A stretch of 64,000 bases of DNA from Patescibacteria group bacterium (GTDB lineage Bacteria; Patescibacteriota; Minisyncoccia; 2-02-FULL-40-12). The stretch covers positions 5,219-69,218 of the forward strand of contig JBBTUA010000007.1 in NCBI GenBank assembly GCA_038063995.1. Direction: 5' to 3'. Shown here in pieces: positions 26,920 through 37,240 of this stretch (position 1 is its first letter; every line of letters starts with the position of its first letter). Below the pieces are notes generated by a model. That model worked only from the letters and a program-made list of their open reading frames with translations, ran no database searches and was not told the DNA's origin. The position numbers and the translations under genes are program-made.

Positions 26920-28193
26920 ACCAAGATTTTCTTCTTCATCAATACGAGAACGGTTTGCGATTAGTAGTTGTGCCGATGAAAAGCACCAAAACGGTAACGG
27001 TTTTGGTTTTGGTCGGCACCGGCTCACGCTACGAAACCAAGGAAATAAACGGCATCTCCCATTTTTTGGAGCATATGATGTTTAAAGGCACGCAAAAGAG
27101 GCCGCAGTCCCTGGACATCAGCCAGGAGCTTGATGCAATCGGCGCTGAATACAATGCCTTTACCTCAAAAGAATACACGGGTTATTATGCTAAGGCTTCA
27201 AGCGATAATTTAAATCTAGTCACCGACGTCATTTCTGATATTTTTTTGAACTCAAAGCTTGACGGGGCCGAAATCGAAAAGGAGCGCGGCGTGATAATTG
27301 AAGAAATAAATATGTATTTAGATGATCCGCCCCGCCATGTCGGCGATTTGTTTGAAAAGCTTCTCTACGGGGACCAGCCAGTCGGATGGAACGTGGCCGG
27401 AGAAAAAGAAATCATAAAGAAATTGGCCCGCGATAATTTTGTCGATTATTTTAATTCGCATTACGTGGCTAAAGACACTATTATTGCTGTGGCCGGGAAT
27501 GTTGATAAGGAGCAAGTCAGAAACGAGCTAGTTCCGAAATTTTTCAAGGATTCAAGAGTGGGCCAAAAGCTGGATCGGCTGGCAGTTTTGGAATCGCAAG
27601 ATAAGCCCGAAGTTTTACTTGAGCATAAGAAGACTGACCAGACCCATTTTATATTAGGCGTTCGGGCTTTTGATATGTTTTCGCCTAAAAGCGAAGCGGC
27701 GCAAGTTTTATCAGTGATTCTTGGCGGCGGGATGAGCTCACGTTTATTTATCGAAATCAGGGAAAAGCACGGCCTCTCTTATTATGTAAGGTCTGGTTTT
27801 GACGCCTATACTGACCATGGCTATTTTGCCAGTTCATCGGGGGTAGATAATAACAGGGTGGAAAAAGCGGTATCCGTAATTTTGAATGAATACAGGAAAC
27901 TTAAAGATGAATCAGTATCTGAAAAAGAATTGAAAAAAGCCAAGGAATTCATAAGAGGCCGGTTGGCCATTGCCCTTGAACAATCTGACGATTTGGCCGG
28001 TTTTTACGCTAATCAGTGGCTTTTAAAAAACCAGACTTTGACACCTGAAGAGAAATTAGATAAAATAATGAAAGTCAGGGCTGAAGATATCCAAGAAGTT
28101 GCAAGCGAAATCTTCCGTCCGGAAAAACTTAACCTTGCCTTGATCGGGCCGTTTGAAGATAAAGATAAATTCGAGAAACTTTTAGAAGTTTAA
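26916..28193 (+). CDS. M16-family zinc peptidase (insulinase-like)
   Basis: inverted zinc motif HFLEHMMFKGT. Confidence 0.8.
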   Translation: MNQDFLLHQYENGLRLVVVPMKSTKTVTVLVLVGTGSRYETKEINGISHFLEHMMFKGTQKRPQSLDISQELDAIGAEYNAFTSKEYTGYYAKASSDNLNLVTDVISDIFLNSKLDGAEIEKERGVIIEEINMYLDDPPRHVGDLFEKLLYGDQPVGWNVAGEKEIIKKLARDNFVDYFNSHYVAKDTIIAVAGNVDKEQVRNELVPKFFKDSRVGQKLDRLAVLESQDKPEVLLEHKKTDQTHFILGVRAFDMFSPKSEAAQVLSVILGGGMSSRLFIEIREKHGLSYYVRSGFDAYTDHGYFASSSGVDNNRVEKAVSVILNEYRKLKDESVSEKELKKAKEFIRGRLAIALEQSDDLAGFYANQWLLKNQTLTPEEKLDKIMKVRAEDIQEVASEIFRPEKLNLALIGPFEDKDKFEKLLEV

Positions 28194-28203
28194 ATATTTA
28201 AAT

Positions 28204-29256
28204 ATGCCTAGCGACGAGCGCCAAATGTTTGATATTTCAACCGCCACTATTTTTAGATTCGTTTTAATCGTCTTGTTTTTTATTTTGCTTTATCAAGTGA
28301 GGCAGGTCATTTTTATTCTGCTTTTTGCCATTGTTGTCGCCTCGGCAGTCAATCCTTTTGCAAAGTGGCTTGACCGCAAAAGAATTCCCCGGATTCTCGG
28401 AATTTTAGTTTTATACCTTACGATATTTCTTCTGGCTGTTTTCATACTGACTCTGGCCATTCCATTTTTTTCGCAGGAGGTCGGAGAACTTACCGAAGAT
28501 CTTCCTAAATTTATCGCTCAAATAACCGCTTCGTTGGAAGCGATTAAAAGCGAGACCGGAAGTTTTGATATAATCAGCCAGCTTCAGGGAATTTTGGATA
28601 GTTTGTCCCAGTTTTTGCAGGAGTCAAGCCAATCCGCAGTCGGGCTGATCATAAATATTTTCGGAGGAATAATTTCTTTCGCCGGAGTCATAGTGATATC
28701 TTTTTATCTTTCGGTGATGAGAGGAGGGATTGATCATTTTCTTAAATCAGTTGTTCCGGACAAGTACGAAAAATACACTTTGGATTTGTGGCATCGTTCT
28801 GAAAGAAATCTTGGCCGTTGGTTCCAGGCCCAATTGCTTTTGTCTTTGATCGTCGGCTTGATGACTTTTGTCGCTCTGTCGATATTAGGCGTCAAGTTTG
28901 CTCTTGTTTTAGCTGGTTTGATTATGGTTTTGGAACTTGTGCCAAATGTCGGTCCGGTTTTGGCGGCTATTCCGGCTGTTGGTTTGGCTTTTTTTCAGTC
29001 TCCTTCTTTGGGTTTTTGGACGCTTGGAGTTTATATCCTTATTCAACAGGTTGAGAATCATGTTTTGACCCCTTTGATTATGGGAAAAAGTCTTGGAATA
29101 AATCCTGTAGCTGTCATAATCGCTTTGCTTGTCGGTTTCAATCTCGCCGGAATCATAGGAATGATTTTGGCCGTGCCTGTGGCCACGGTAGTTGTTGAGT
29201 GGTTTAACGATATTGCCGAGAAGAAAGAAAAAGCCAGAGCGGTCGGCGCCACTTAG
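28204..29256 (+). CDS. AI-2E family transporter (PerM/UPF0118)
   Basis: 8 TM; family-typical soluble insert between TM helices. Confidence 0.7.
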   Translation: MPSDERQMFDISTATIFRFVLIVLFFILLYQVRQVIFILLFAIVVASAVNPFAKWLDRKRIPRILGILVLYLTIFLLAVFILTLAIPFFSQEVGELTEDLPKFIAQITASLEAIKSETGSFDIISQLQGILDSLSQFLQESSQSAVGLIINIFGGIISFAGVIVISFYLSVMRGGIDHFLKSVVPDKYEKYTLDLWHRSERNLGRWFQAQLLLSLIVGLMTFVALSILGVKFALVLAGLIMVLELVPNVGPVLAAIPAVGLAFFQSPSLGFWTLGVYILIQQVENHVLTPLIMGKSLGINPVAVIIALLVGFNLAGIIGMILAVPVATVVVEWFNDIAEKKEKARAVGAT

Positions 29257-29275
29257 AACTTAAAGCAAAAATATT

Positions 29276-29947
29276 TTGGCTATTTTATATATAGTTGCCA
29301 CTCCGATCGGCAACTTAAAAGATGCAACTTTTCGCGCAATCGAAACCTTGAAAGAGGTTGATTTTATTTTGGCTGAAGACACGCGTGAAACTTTTAAACT
29401 TTTAAATTTTTATAGCATAAAGAAACCGCTTGTTTCTTATTTTCAGCATTCAAAAATAAGCAAAGTCGAATATATCTTGAATTTATTGAAGCAAGGCAAG
29501 AACTTGGCTTTAGTTTCAGATGCCGGAACGCCCGGGATAAATGATCCGGGAGGAAAGTTAATCAGCGAGGTTATTAAACGTTTTGGAGATTCGGTTCAGA
29601 TTGTTCCTGTGCCTGGGCCAAATGCCGCCATAACAGCTTTAAGCATATCCGGTTTTAATGTCGATAAATTTTTATTTCTGGGTTATCCGCCTCATAAAAA
29701 AGGCAGAAAAAAGTTTTTTGTGGAAATTGCAGAATCAAAATACCCGGTCGTATTTTACGAGTCGGTCCATCGGATCCTAAAGACTTTGAAAGAATTATCG
29801 AATTTTGAAAATCTCAAAAACAGAGATATTATCGTCTGCCGCGAATTGACCAAAAAATTCGAAACTATATACCGCGGAAAAATTTCTGAAATTCTACCTC
29901 AAATTGAGAAAGAAAATCTCGGGGAGTTTGTAGTTATTATCAGCTAG
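29276..29947 (+). CDS. rsmI: 16S rRNA (cytidine1402-2'-O)-methyltransferase RsmI
   Basis: ILYIVATPIGNLKDATFRAIETLKEVDFILAEDTRET tetrapyrrole-methylase fold. Confidence 0.85.
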   Translation: MAILYIVATPIGNLKDATFRAIETLKEVDFILAEDTRETFKLLNFYSIKKPLVSYFQHSKISKVEYILNLLKQGKNLALVSDAGTPGINDPGGKLISEVIKRFGDSVQIVPVPGPNAAITALSISGFNVDKFLFLGYPPHKKGRKKFFVEIAESKYPVVFYESVHRILKTLKELSNFENLKNRDIIVCRELTKKFETIYRGKISEILPQIEKENLGEFVVIIS

Positions 29948-29978
29948 ATTTTTTGACATAAATTGATATTATTGGTTA

Positions 29979-31463
29979 ATGAGCAAGTTTTACATTACGA
30001 CAGCCATAGATTATACCAATGATCGGCCTCATTTAGGCCATGCTTTGGAAAAAGTTCAGGCTGATGTCTTGGCTCGGTATCATCGTTTGAGGGGCGATGA
30101 TGTTTTTTTCTTGACTGGGACAGATGAGCACGGCGCCAAGATTGTTAAAGCGGCTAAGTTAGCCGGCAAAGAACCAAAAGAGTTTGTTGATGAAATTTCA
30201 GAGTATTTCAAAAATTTATTGAAAGAGTTGAATATCTCAAATGACGATTTTATTAGAACAACAGATCAGAAAAGGCACTGGCCGGCAGTCCAGAAATTTT
30301 GGAAAAAACTAAAAGACAACGGTGATTTATATAAGGCAAAATACGAAGGCCTTTACTGTATCGGGCACGAGGCTTTTATAAAAAAAAGCGAATTAAAGAA
30401 CGGTCTTTGCCCAGACCATCAAATTGAGCCGGAAAAAATCAAAGAGGAGAACTATTTTTTTAAGCTTTCTAAATATAAAGATAAAATTAGAGATTTGATT
30501 TCGGAAGATAAAATAAAAATCCAGCCGCAATTTAGAAAAGACGAAGTTTTAAATCTGCTTAAAGAGTCGGAAGACGTTAGTTTTTCTAGGCCGAGAAAAG
30601 ACTTGGAATGGGGCATTCCTGTTCCGGATGATTCGGAACACACCATTTATGTCTGGACAGAAGCTCTCCAAAATTATATCTCCGCCATAAATTACGGCGA
30701 GGAATCGTTTCAGTTAAAAGATCTATGGCCGGCCGATATTCATTTGATTGGAAAAGATATTTTGCGTTTTCACGCCATTATCTGGCCGGCGATGCTGCTA
30801 GCAGCCGGACTAGAAACACCGAAGTCAATTTATGTACACGGGTTCATTACTATTGATGGTCAGAAAATGTCAAAAACAATCGGTAATGTGATTGACCCGT
30901 TTCAATTGGTTAAAAGATACGGAGTTGATCCAGTTCGATATTATTTATTGCGGGAGATTCCATCTTATGAAGACGGCGATTTTTCAATTCAAAAATTTGA
31001 GGCACGCTATAATGCCGATTTGGCAAATAATTTAGGCAATCTGGTGTCGCGGGTGGTCGCATTGATCGAAAAATCTTTTAACAGCAGTTTTGCTTATCAC
31101 CGGAAATTCGTGTCCAAAGAGATCGATGATAAAGTTATCGAAACATGGAAAAAATATAATCAGAACATAAGCGAATTCAAGCTTCATATCGCTCTGGAAA
31201 GTATTTTTTCTCTGATTGATTTTGCAAATTCGTATGTTGACGAACATAAGCCTTGGTCTTTGGCTGATAATCCGGAACATCTAAATGAAGTAATAACTAA
31301 TTTAATTGTGATACTATTGAATATCGCTTGGCTTTTGAAGCCGTTTCTACCGCAGACAAGCGACAGGATTTTTGAAATTATCGGAGCAGATAAAGAAGGC
31401 AAATCTTGGGAAGAGAAGCCGTTTGTGGTGAAGCCCAAGATTTTATTTCCGAAAATCCAATGA
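29979..31463 (+). CDS. metG: methionine--tRNA ligase
   Basis: DRPHLGHALEKVQADV HIGH region; KMSKTIGNVIDP. Confidence 0.9.
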   Translation: MSKFYITTAIDYTNDRPHLGHALEKVQADVLARYHRLRGDDVFFLTGTDEHGAKIVKAAKLAGKEPKEFVDEISEYFKNLLKELNISNDDFIRTTDQKRHWPAVQKFWKKLKDNGDLYKAKYEGLYCIGHEAFIKKSELKNGLCPDHQIEPEKIKEENYFFKLSKYKDKIRDLISEDKIKIQPQFRKDEVLNLLKESEDVSFSRPRKDLEWGIPVPDDSEHTIYVWTEALQNYISAINYGEESFQLKDLWPADIHLIGKDILRFHAIIWPAMLLAAGLETPKSIYVHGFITIDGQKMSKTIGNVIDPFQLVKRYGVDPVRYYLLREIPSYEDGDFSIQKFEARYNADLANNLGNLVSRVVALIEKSFNSSFAYHRKFVSKEIDDKVIETWKKYNQNISEFKLHIALESIFSLIDFANSYVDEHKPWSLADNPEHLNEVITNLIVILLNIAWLLKPFLPQTSDRIFEIIGADKEGKSWEEKPFVVKPKILFPKIQ

Positions 31464-33772
31464 TTAAATACAATCCGCAAAAAATCGAAAAAAAGTGGCA
31501 GAAGGAGTGGGAAAAGAAGAAGCTTTATCAAGCAAAAGATAAAGTTAAAGGCAAAAAGAACTTTTATCATTTAACAATGTTTCCTTATCCTTCCGGTGAT
31601 CTTCATATGGGCCATTGGTACAATTATGCGCCTTCAGATGTATATGCTCGCTTCAAACGGATGCAAGGTCTGAATGTGATGTCGCCTATCGGCTTTGACG
31701 CATTTGGTCTACCCGCCGAAAACGCAGCCATAAACAGGAATCTTGATCCGAAAATTTGGACTTACAGCAATATAAAGTCAATGAAGAAACAGCTTGATTC
31801 AATCGGCGTTTCTTTTGATTGGTCTCGAGAGGTGATTACCGCCGAGCCCGATTATTACAAATGGACCCAATGGATTTTTTTGAAACTATACGAAGTCGGT
31901 TTGGCGAAAAAAGAAAAAGTTTTAGCTAATTGGTGCCCGCACTGCAAGACTATTTTGGCTAACGAGCAGGTTCAGGACGGCCGCTGCGAAAGATGCGATA
32001 CTGTTGTGGAACAAAAACTGCTTGAGCAGTGGTTTTTTAAAATTACTGATTATGCTCAAAAACTTTTGGACGGCCTTGAAAAAATCGATTGGCCGGAAAC
32101 TACTAAAATTTTGCAAAGAAATTGGATTGGCCGGTCTGAAGGGGCGCAGATAGAATTTAGAATTGAGAATTCAGAATATAGAATTAAGGTTTTTACTACA
32201 AGGCCTGACACGATATTCGGGGCAACTTTTATGGTTTTGGCGCCTGAACACGAGTTGGTTAAAAAAATTACCAAAGATGCCCAATTGGGTCAGGTGAATA
32301 ATTACTTAGAGAAAACGAAAAAGAAAACAGAATTGGAGCGGATAGCTGAAGTCAAAGAAAAGACCGGAGTTTTTACCGGCGCCTACGCTTTTAATCCCGC
32401 AACCAAAGAAAAGATACCGATTTGGATTTCTGATTTTGTTTTGCCTCATTACGGAACAGGCGCGATTATGGCGGTTCCAGCTTACGATGAGAGAGATTTG
32501 GAATTTGCCGAAAAATTCGGCCTGCCAGTAAGAAAAATTGATCTGGACGATAAAATTCTAAGCGAACTTGAAAAAAGGGGATTAGCTGAAAGAAAGACAA
32601 GTTATCGGCTTCATGATTGGATAATCAGTCGCCAGCGCTACTGGGGAGCGCCGATTCCGATGATTTATTGCCAGAAGTGCGGAATTATACCTGTCCGGGA
32701 AAAGGATTTGCCGGTTTTGTTGCCCAAAATTAAGGATTATAAGCCGTCCGGCACCGGCGAGTCGCCATTAGCCGAAGTAAAGGACTGGGTCAATGTAAAA
32801 TGCTGGAAATGCTCCGGGCCGGCCCGCCGCGAAACCGATACGATGGATACATTTGTTGATTCGGCCTGGTATTTTTTGCGCTACGCCGACCCCAAAAATA
32901 AAAAAGAGTTTGTTTCAAAAGAAAAATTAAAGGACTGGCTTCCGGTAGATATTTATATTGGCGGTCAGGAACATGCGACCAAACATTTGCTTTACGCCAG
33001 ATTCATAACCAAAGTTTTGTACAACTATGGTTATTTAAATTTTAACGAGCCATTCGTAAAAATGAGGCACCAAGGATTAATTTTGGGTCCTGATGGCAAT
33101 AAAATGTCCAAATCAAGAGGCAATGTGATTGACCCAGACGAAATAGTTAAGAAATTCGGCTCTGATTCGGTGCGTATGTATCTTTGTTTTATGGGCCCTT
33201 ATGAAAACGGCGGGCTTTGGGATCCGAAAGCTATTGTCGGGGTATTCAGATTTCTAAATAGAGTTTGGAATCTGATAAATTCCAAATTTCAAAATTTCAA
33301 AACCCAAAATAAAGAATTGGATAAAATTTTCAATAAAGCGATGAAAAAAATCGGGGAAGATATTGAAAATTTAAGATTCAATACGGCGGTCAGCGAATTG
33401 ATGAAGCTATTAAATGAAATAGAAAACAAAGAGCTGGCCAAAGATCAAATTAAAATATTTTTGAAATTGCTGGCGCCGTTCGCACCTCATCTGACCGAAG
33501 AGCTTTGGCGGGAAGTTCTGAAAAACAAAAAATCAATCCATCTGGAAAAATGGCCTGAATACGATTCGAAATTGATTGAAGAAGAAACGATTTATTTGAT
33601 CGTTCAGATCAACGGCCGGACTCGCGATATTATAAAAGTTCCCCGAGATTTGAATGAATCTCGCGTCCGCGAGCTTGCTCTTTCTTCGGAAAAAATAAAA
33701 AAATATACAGCCGGAAAAGAAATCATCAAATTCATCTATATTTCCAATAAATTGGCTAATATAGTCCTTTAG
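31460..33772 (+). CDS. leuS: leucine--tRNA ligase
   Basis: PYPSGDLHMGHWYNY; KMSKSRGNVIDP; start set at Met-19 (MIKYNPQKIEKKWQ), ATGA-overlapped with metG. Confidence 0.9.
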   Translation: MIKYNPQKIEKKWQKEWEKKKLYQAKDKVKGKKNFYHLTMFPYPSGDLHMGHWYNYAPSDVYARFKRMQGLNVMSPIGFDAFGLPAENAAINRNLDPKIWTYSNIKSMKKQLDSIGVSFDWSREVITAEPDYYKWTQWIFLKLYEVGLAKKEKVLANWCPHCKTILANEQVQDGRCERCDTVVEQKLLEQWFFKITDYAQKLLDGLEKIDWPETTKILQRNWIGRSEGAQIEFRIENSEYRIKVFTTRPDTIFGATFMVLAPEHELVKKITKDAQLGQVNNYLEKTKKKTELERIAEVKEKTGVFTGAYAFNPATKEKIPIWISDFVLPHYGTGAIMAVPAYDERDLEFAEKFGLPVRKIDLDDKILSELEKRGLAERKTSYRLHDWIISRQRYWGAPIPMIYCQKCGIIPVREKDLPVLLPKIKDYKPSGTGESPLAEVKDWVNVKCWKCSGPARRETDTMDTFVDSAWYFLRYADPKNKKEFVSKEKLKDWLPVDIYIGGQEHATKHLLYARFITKVLYNYGYLNFNEPFVKMRHQGLILGPDGNKMSKSRGNVIDPDEIVKKFGSDSVRMYLCFMGPYENGGLWDPKAIVGVFRFLNRVWNLINSKFQNFKTQNKELDKIFNKAMKKIGEDIENLRFNTAVSELMKLLNEIENKELAKDQIKIFLKLLAPFAPHLTEELWREVLKNKKSIHLEKWPEYDSKLIEEETIYLIVQINGRTRDIIKVPRDLNESRVRELALSSEKIKKYTAGKEIIKFIYISNKLANIVL

Positions 33773-33787
33773 TTATTCTCGTAAGGG

Positions 33788-34426
33788 ATGAAAGTAATAG
33801 AAGTTGATCTAAAAAATGATTTCTCAAAAGCGCTGGATGAAACATTCGCTGTTTTGAAATTAGGCGGAGTGATTGTCTATCCGACCGATACTTTATATGG
33901 CCTTGGCACAAACGCGTTGGAGGCCGGGCCGGTTGAGCGGATTTTTAAGATAAAAGCCAGAGCCAAAGACAAGCCTTTGCCGATAATAGTTAAAAATCTT
34001 AACTGGGCCAAAGAGCTCGCCTATATTTATGAGAAGGAGGAAAAAATCTTGAAATCGGTCTGGCCCGGTCCCATTACAGTGATTCTTCCTAAAAAAAATA
34101 TAGTTCCAAGCGCAGTGACCGCCGGTAAAAGCGGAGTGGCTTTAAGAATTTCAAAAAATCATTTTGTAGATAAACTTTTGGGCCGTTTTGGATATCCGTT
34201 AACCGCGACTTCGGCCAATATTTCAGGCGAAGAGCCATCAATGAAAATTTCAGAAATAGTAGAAGTCTTTAAAAATGTTCATAATAAGCCTGACTTGATA
34301 ATTGATGCGGGCGATCTGCCTCAATCCGAGCCGTCGACCGTACTTGACCTTACCAGCGATAAGCCTAAGATATTGCGAGTCGGGCCGGTAAAGCCGGAAA
34401 CCCTAAGGAAGATTTTAGAAATATGA
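33788..34426 (+). CDS. tsaC: L-threonylcarbamoyladenylate synthase (TsaC/YrdC/Sua5 family)
   Basis: GGVIVYPTDTLYGLGTNA YrdC signature. Confidence 0.85.
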   Translation: MKVIEVDLKNDFSKALDETFAVLKLGGVIVYPTDTLYGLGTNALEAGPVERIFKIKARAKDKPLPIIVKNLNWAKELAYIYEKEEKILKSVWPGPITVILPKKNIVPSAVTAGKSGVALRISKNHFVDKLLGRFGYPLTATSANISGEEPSMKISEIVEVFKNVHNKPDLIIDAGDLPQSEPSTVLDLTSDKPKILRVGPVKPETLRKILEI

Positions 34427-35559
34427 TAAAAGATTTGGTAAAAAAAGAGCTTAGCCGCCAGAAAAAAGTAATCAACTTAATTCCTAGCGAAAACTATCCT
34501 TCTAATGATGTTTTGGCTGTTTTGGGTTCGCAATTGACATCAAAATACGCTGAAGGCTATCCGGGAAAAAGATATTATCCGGGGAACGAGATAAATGATC
34601 GGATTGAACTGGAAGTTCAAAGTCTGGCCAAAAAAGTTTTTGGTTTATCCAAAAGTTGGCAGGTGAATGTCCAGCCGTATTCAGGGACCCCGGCCAATAT
34701 CGCCGTTTATCTCGCTTTGCTGAACCCCGGAGATGTTTTAATGGGAATGCGTTTGAACGAAGGCGGGCATTTAAGCCACGGTCATAAAGTAAATTTTTCA
34801 GGGATGTTCTATAAAGTTATCCCATATGGGTTAGATAAAAATGGATTTATTGATTATGGCCAAGTCGAAGAATTGGCAAAAAAACATAGTCCCCAAATTA
34901 TTGTTTCCGGAACCACTGCCTACGCCAGAAAAATAGATTTTAAAAAATTCGGCCAGATTGCCAAATCAGTCGGCGCTTATCATCTGGCAGACATCTCGCA
35001 TATTGCCGGTCTGGTTGCGGCAAAAATTCATCAGCCGCCGTTCCCTTACGCCGATGTTATTACAACAACAACACATAAAACTTTGCGCGGCCCCCGGGGT
35101 GCGATGATTTTTTCAAAATCAAAAGAAGTCGCCGAAAAAATTGATAGAGCTATTTTCCCCGGCATCCAGGGCGGCCCTCATTTAAATACAATTGCGGCGA
35201 TTGGAGTTGCTTTTGAGGAAGCTTTAAAACCAGATTACAAAAATTACATCAAACAAGTCGTTAAAAACGCGCAAGTTCTGGCTGAAGAACTAAAAAAACA
35301 GGGTTTTAATCTTGTTTCCGGCGGAACCGATAATCATCTTATTCTGATTGATTTGAAAAACAAGGGAATTTCCGGAATGGAGGCTCAAGATCGACTTGAG
35401 AAAGCTGGGATAATTGCCAATAGAAACACGGTGCCTGGCGATCAGTCTGCTTTTAATCCAAGCGGTCTGCGTCTTGGCACTCCGGCTGAGACCACCCGCG
35501 GCGCCAAAGAAAAAGATATGATGAAAATAGCCCAAAAAATAGCAGATGTTTTAAAATAA
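34423..35559 (+). CDS. glyA: serine hydroxymethyltransferase
   Basis: THKTLRGPRGAMIF PLP-lysine signature. Confidence 0.85.
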   Translation: MIKDLVKKELSRQKKVINLIPSENYPSNDVLAVLGSQLTSKYAEGYPGKRYYPGNEINDRIELEVQSLAKKVFGLSKSWQVNVQPYSGTPANIAVYLALLNPGDVLMGMRLNEGGHLSHGHKVNFSGMFYKVIPYGLDKNGFIDYGQVEELAKKHSPQIIVSGTTAYARKIDFKKFGQIAKSVGAYHLADISHIAGLVAAKIHQPPFPYADVITTTTHKTLRGPRGAMIFSKSKEVAEKIDRAIFPGIQGGPHLNTIAAIGVAFEEALKPDYKNYIKQVVKNAQVLAEELKKQGFNLVSGGTDNHLILIDLKNKGISGMEAQDRLEKAGIIANRNTVPGDQSAFNPSGLRLGTPAETTRGAKEKDMMKIAQKIADVLK

Positions 35560-35632
35560 AAAACTTCTCATCAAATAGTCTTTATGCTATAAGACTTTCA
35601 GCAACTTATTTTTTTTTCAAAGGAGACGGAGA

Positions 35633-37105
35633 ATGAAAACAGAGTCGGTTCTCGTTAACAACAGAATTCATTTAAAACGGCTTGAGCTGCTTGATCTTCG
35701 ACGGACCGGATCCATCGGCGACATCGTAAGTGCCTTCGAAAAATGCGCGTTCACCGCCGCGATGGTTGGTGAAACAGCAAAGACTTGGTCTTCTTGGTTG
35801 AAGGCAAGAGCTCTCCCAGTGGCAGTTTATGACGGCAAGACCGACAATCGCATCTTCTCTCTTCTAAAGACAATGAAGAATGAAGGTTTGATTGAGGAAG
35901 TCGTGTCGCCGGCGTACTTTGTGGGCTGGAAGAAAAAGACCAAGACCGCGGTTGTGATCGGCACTTTTTCCGAACGCCACGCCGACGCTTTGTACGCTAA
36001 CCTTGAGCGGGCAATCTACATAAATCCTTATGGAATTGCGCCGCCGGGGCTGGTTCGCGACGGATATTACCCCGATGTAATTTTCGCCGATCCCTATTTT
36101 TCTCTTTCGCTTCTTGCCGCGGCCTTAGGGGAATGGCAGGGCGGAAAGGCTGTCGGGGGATGGGAATTTCTTGAGACACTTGATGATCACGAGGGTCTTG
36201 CCGGAGAAGTGAAAGAGGCGGCCAAGATCCTGGAACTGATGGTCAAGGATCCTGACTGCACTGTCCTTCTCACCGTATCCGGGGCAATGACTCCTGCCCA
36301 GATGTCACTTGTTATTTGCGATATGATTGATTTGGGAATGGTTGACGCGGTGCTTACAACGGGCGCGGCTATGGCTCACGGCCTTGTGCCGAGCATTGGC
36401 CTTTGCCATTACAAGTATGATCCAAGAATGGACGATGTCATCTTGAGCAAGCATCGTTTGAATCGGATCACCACTCTTATTGAGCCCGAGACAAACTTTG
36501 ACGCAGTGGAAGAAGTCGTGGATACGGTTTTTCAGACGATGTCCGGAGACGGGCCGAAGAGCTCGATTGAAGTTCACCGTCGAATCGGTGAATACCTTTC
36601 GCGTCAGCATCCAGATGAACGGGGCATTCTCAAATCAGCGTTTGAGAAGGGGATTCCTGTTTGTTCTCCGGCCTTTCAGGATTCAGAGGTCGGGAATGAC
36701 AAGCTGATCCACAACCTCAAACGGAAAGGCGTTTCTCGGGAGCGGATTTTGGTGGATCAGGAGCTTGACACTCTTGAGTTGATTGAGCTGATTCAGCGAA
36801 AACCCCGTATGGCGATTTTTCACGTTGGAGGCGGGACTCCGGGCAATCATGCCCGCAATCTGGCGCCGTTGATTGAAATTGTCATTGAACGTTTGGGGGC
36901 TGATTGTCCGTGGGAAATTCGGAAGATCCGATACGGGGTGAAAATCGCGCCGGACCAAAACTGGCTCGGCAGTTACGGCGGCTGCACTTGGAATGAAGCA
37001 AAATCATGGCGCAAAGCCGAACTGAACGGCCGTTTCGCAGATGTTCACGCTGACGCCACTCTTGTCTGGCCGATTATCGTAAAAGCGGTAATGGAAAAAC
37101 TCTGA
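35633..37105 (+). CDS. deoxyhypusine synthase-like protein (GC-rich)
   Basis: C-terminal HVGGGTPGNHARN .. GSYGGCTWNEAKSWRKA resembles DHS GGGxxKHH .. DSGA..EAxSWGKI region; much higher GC than flanks. Confidence 0.55.
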   Translation: MKTESVLVNNRIHLKRLELLDLRRTGSIGDIVSAFEKCAFTAAMVGETAKTWSSWLKARALPVAVYDGKTDNRIFSLLKTMKNEGLIEEVVSPAYFVGWKKKTKTAVVIGTFSERHADALYANLERAIYINPYGIAPPGLVRDGYYPDVIFADPYFSLSLLAAALGEWQGGKAVGGWEFLETLDDHEGLAGEVKEAAKILELMVKDPDCTVLLTVSGAMTPAQMSLVICDMIDLGMVDAVLTTGAAMAHGLVPSIGLCHYKYDPRMDDVILSKHRLNRITTLIEPETNFDAVEEVVDTVFQTMSGDGPKSSIEVHRRIGEYLSRQHPDERGILKSAFEKGIPVCSPAFQDSEVGNDKLIHNLKRKGVSRERILVDQELDTLELIELIQRKPRMAIFHVGGGTPGNHARNLAPLIEIVIERLGADCPWEIRKIRYGVKIAPDQNWLGSYGGCTWNEAKSWRKAELNGRFADVHADATLVWPIIVKAVMEKL

Positions 37106-37133
37106 TTAAGGAGGTGAATGAAAAGTTGTTGTC

Positions 37134-37163
37134 TTGACAAAAGGCACAACTTTGATATATAAT
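37134..37163 (+). promoter_or_regulatory. sigma70-type promoter for GC-rich ORF A
   Basis: TTGACA at 37134-37139, about 18-nt spacer, TATAAT at 37158-37163; GGAGA RBS before ATG 37241. Confidence 0.5.
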
Positions 37164-37240
37164 ATAAATATACTCAAAAGCCCTGAAATACGGGCTTTCA
37201 GAAAGCAATTCCGCTCTTTGAAAAAAATGGAGAACTGACC

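Noticed and set aside
32150-32190. AGAAT-periodic stretch inside leuS resembling the intergenic repeat
   Set aside because: The encoded segment (IEFRIENSEYRIKVF) aligns without gaps to the conserved LeuRS region preceding TTRPDT. It is therefore native coding sequence whose codon usage happens to produce AGAAT periodicity, unlike the ileS copy, which shares an exact 20-mer.
37107-37151. 14-codon mini-ORF with AAGGAGG RBS right after the DHS-like gene
   Set aside because: It is too short and overlaps the predicted promoter of ORF A. It is probably fortuitous.
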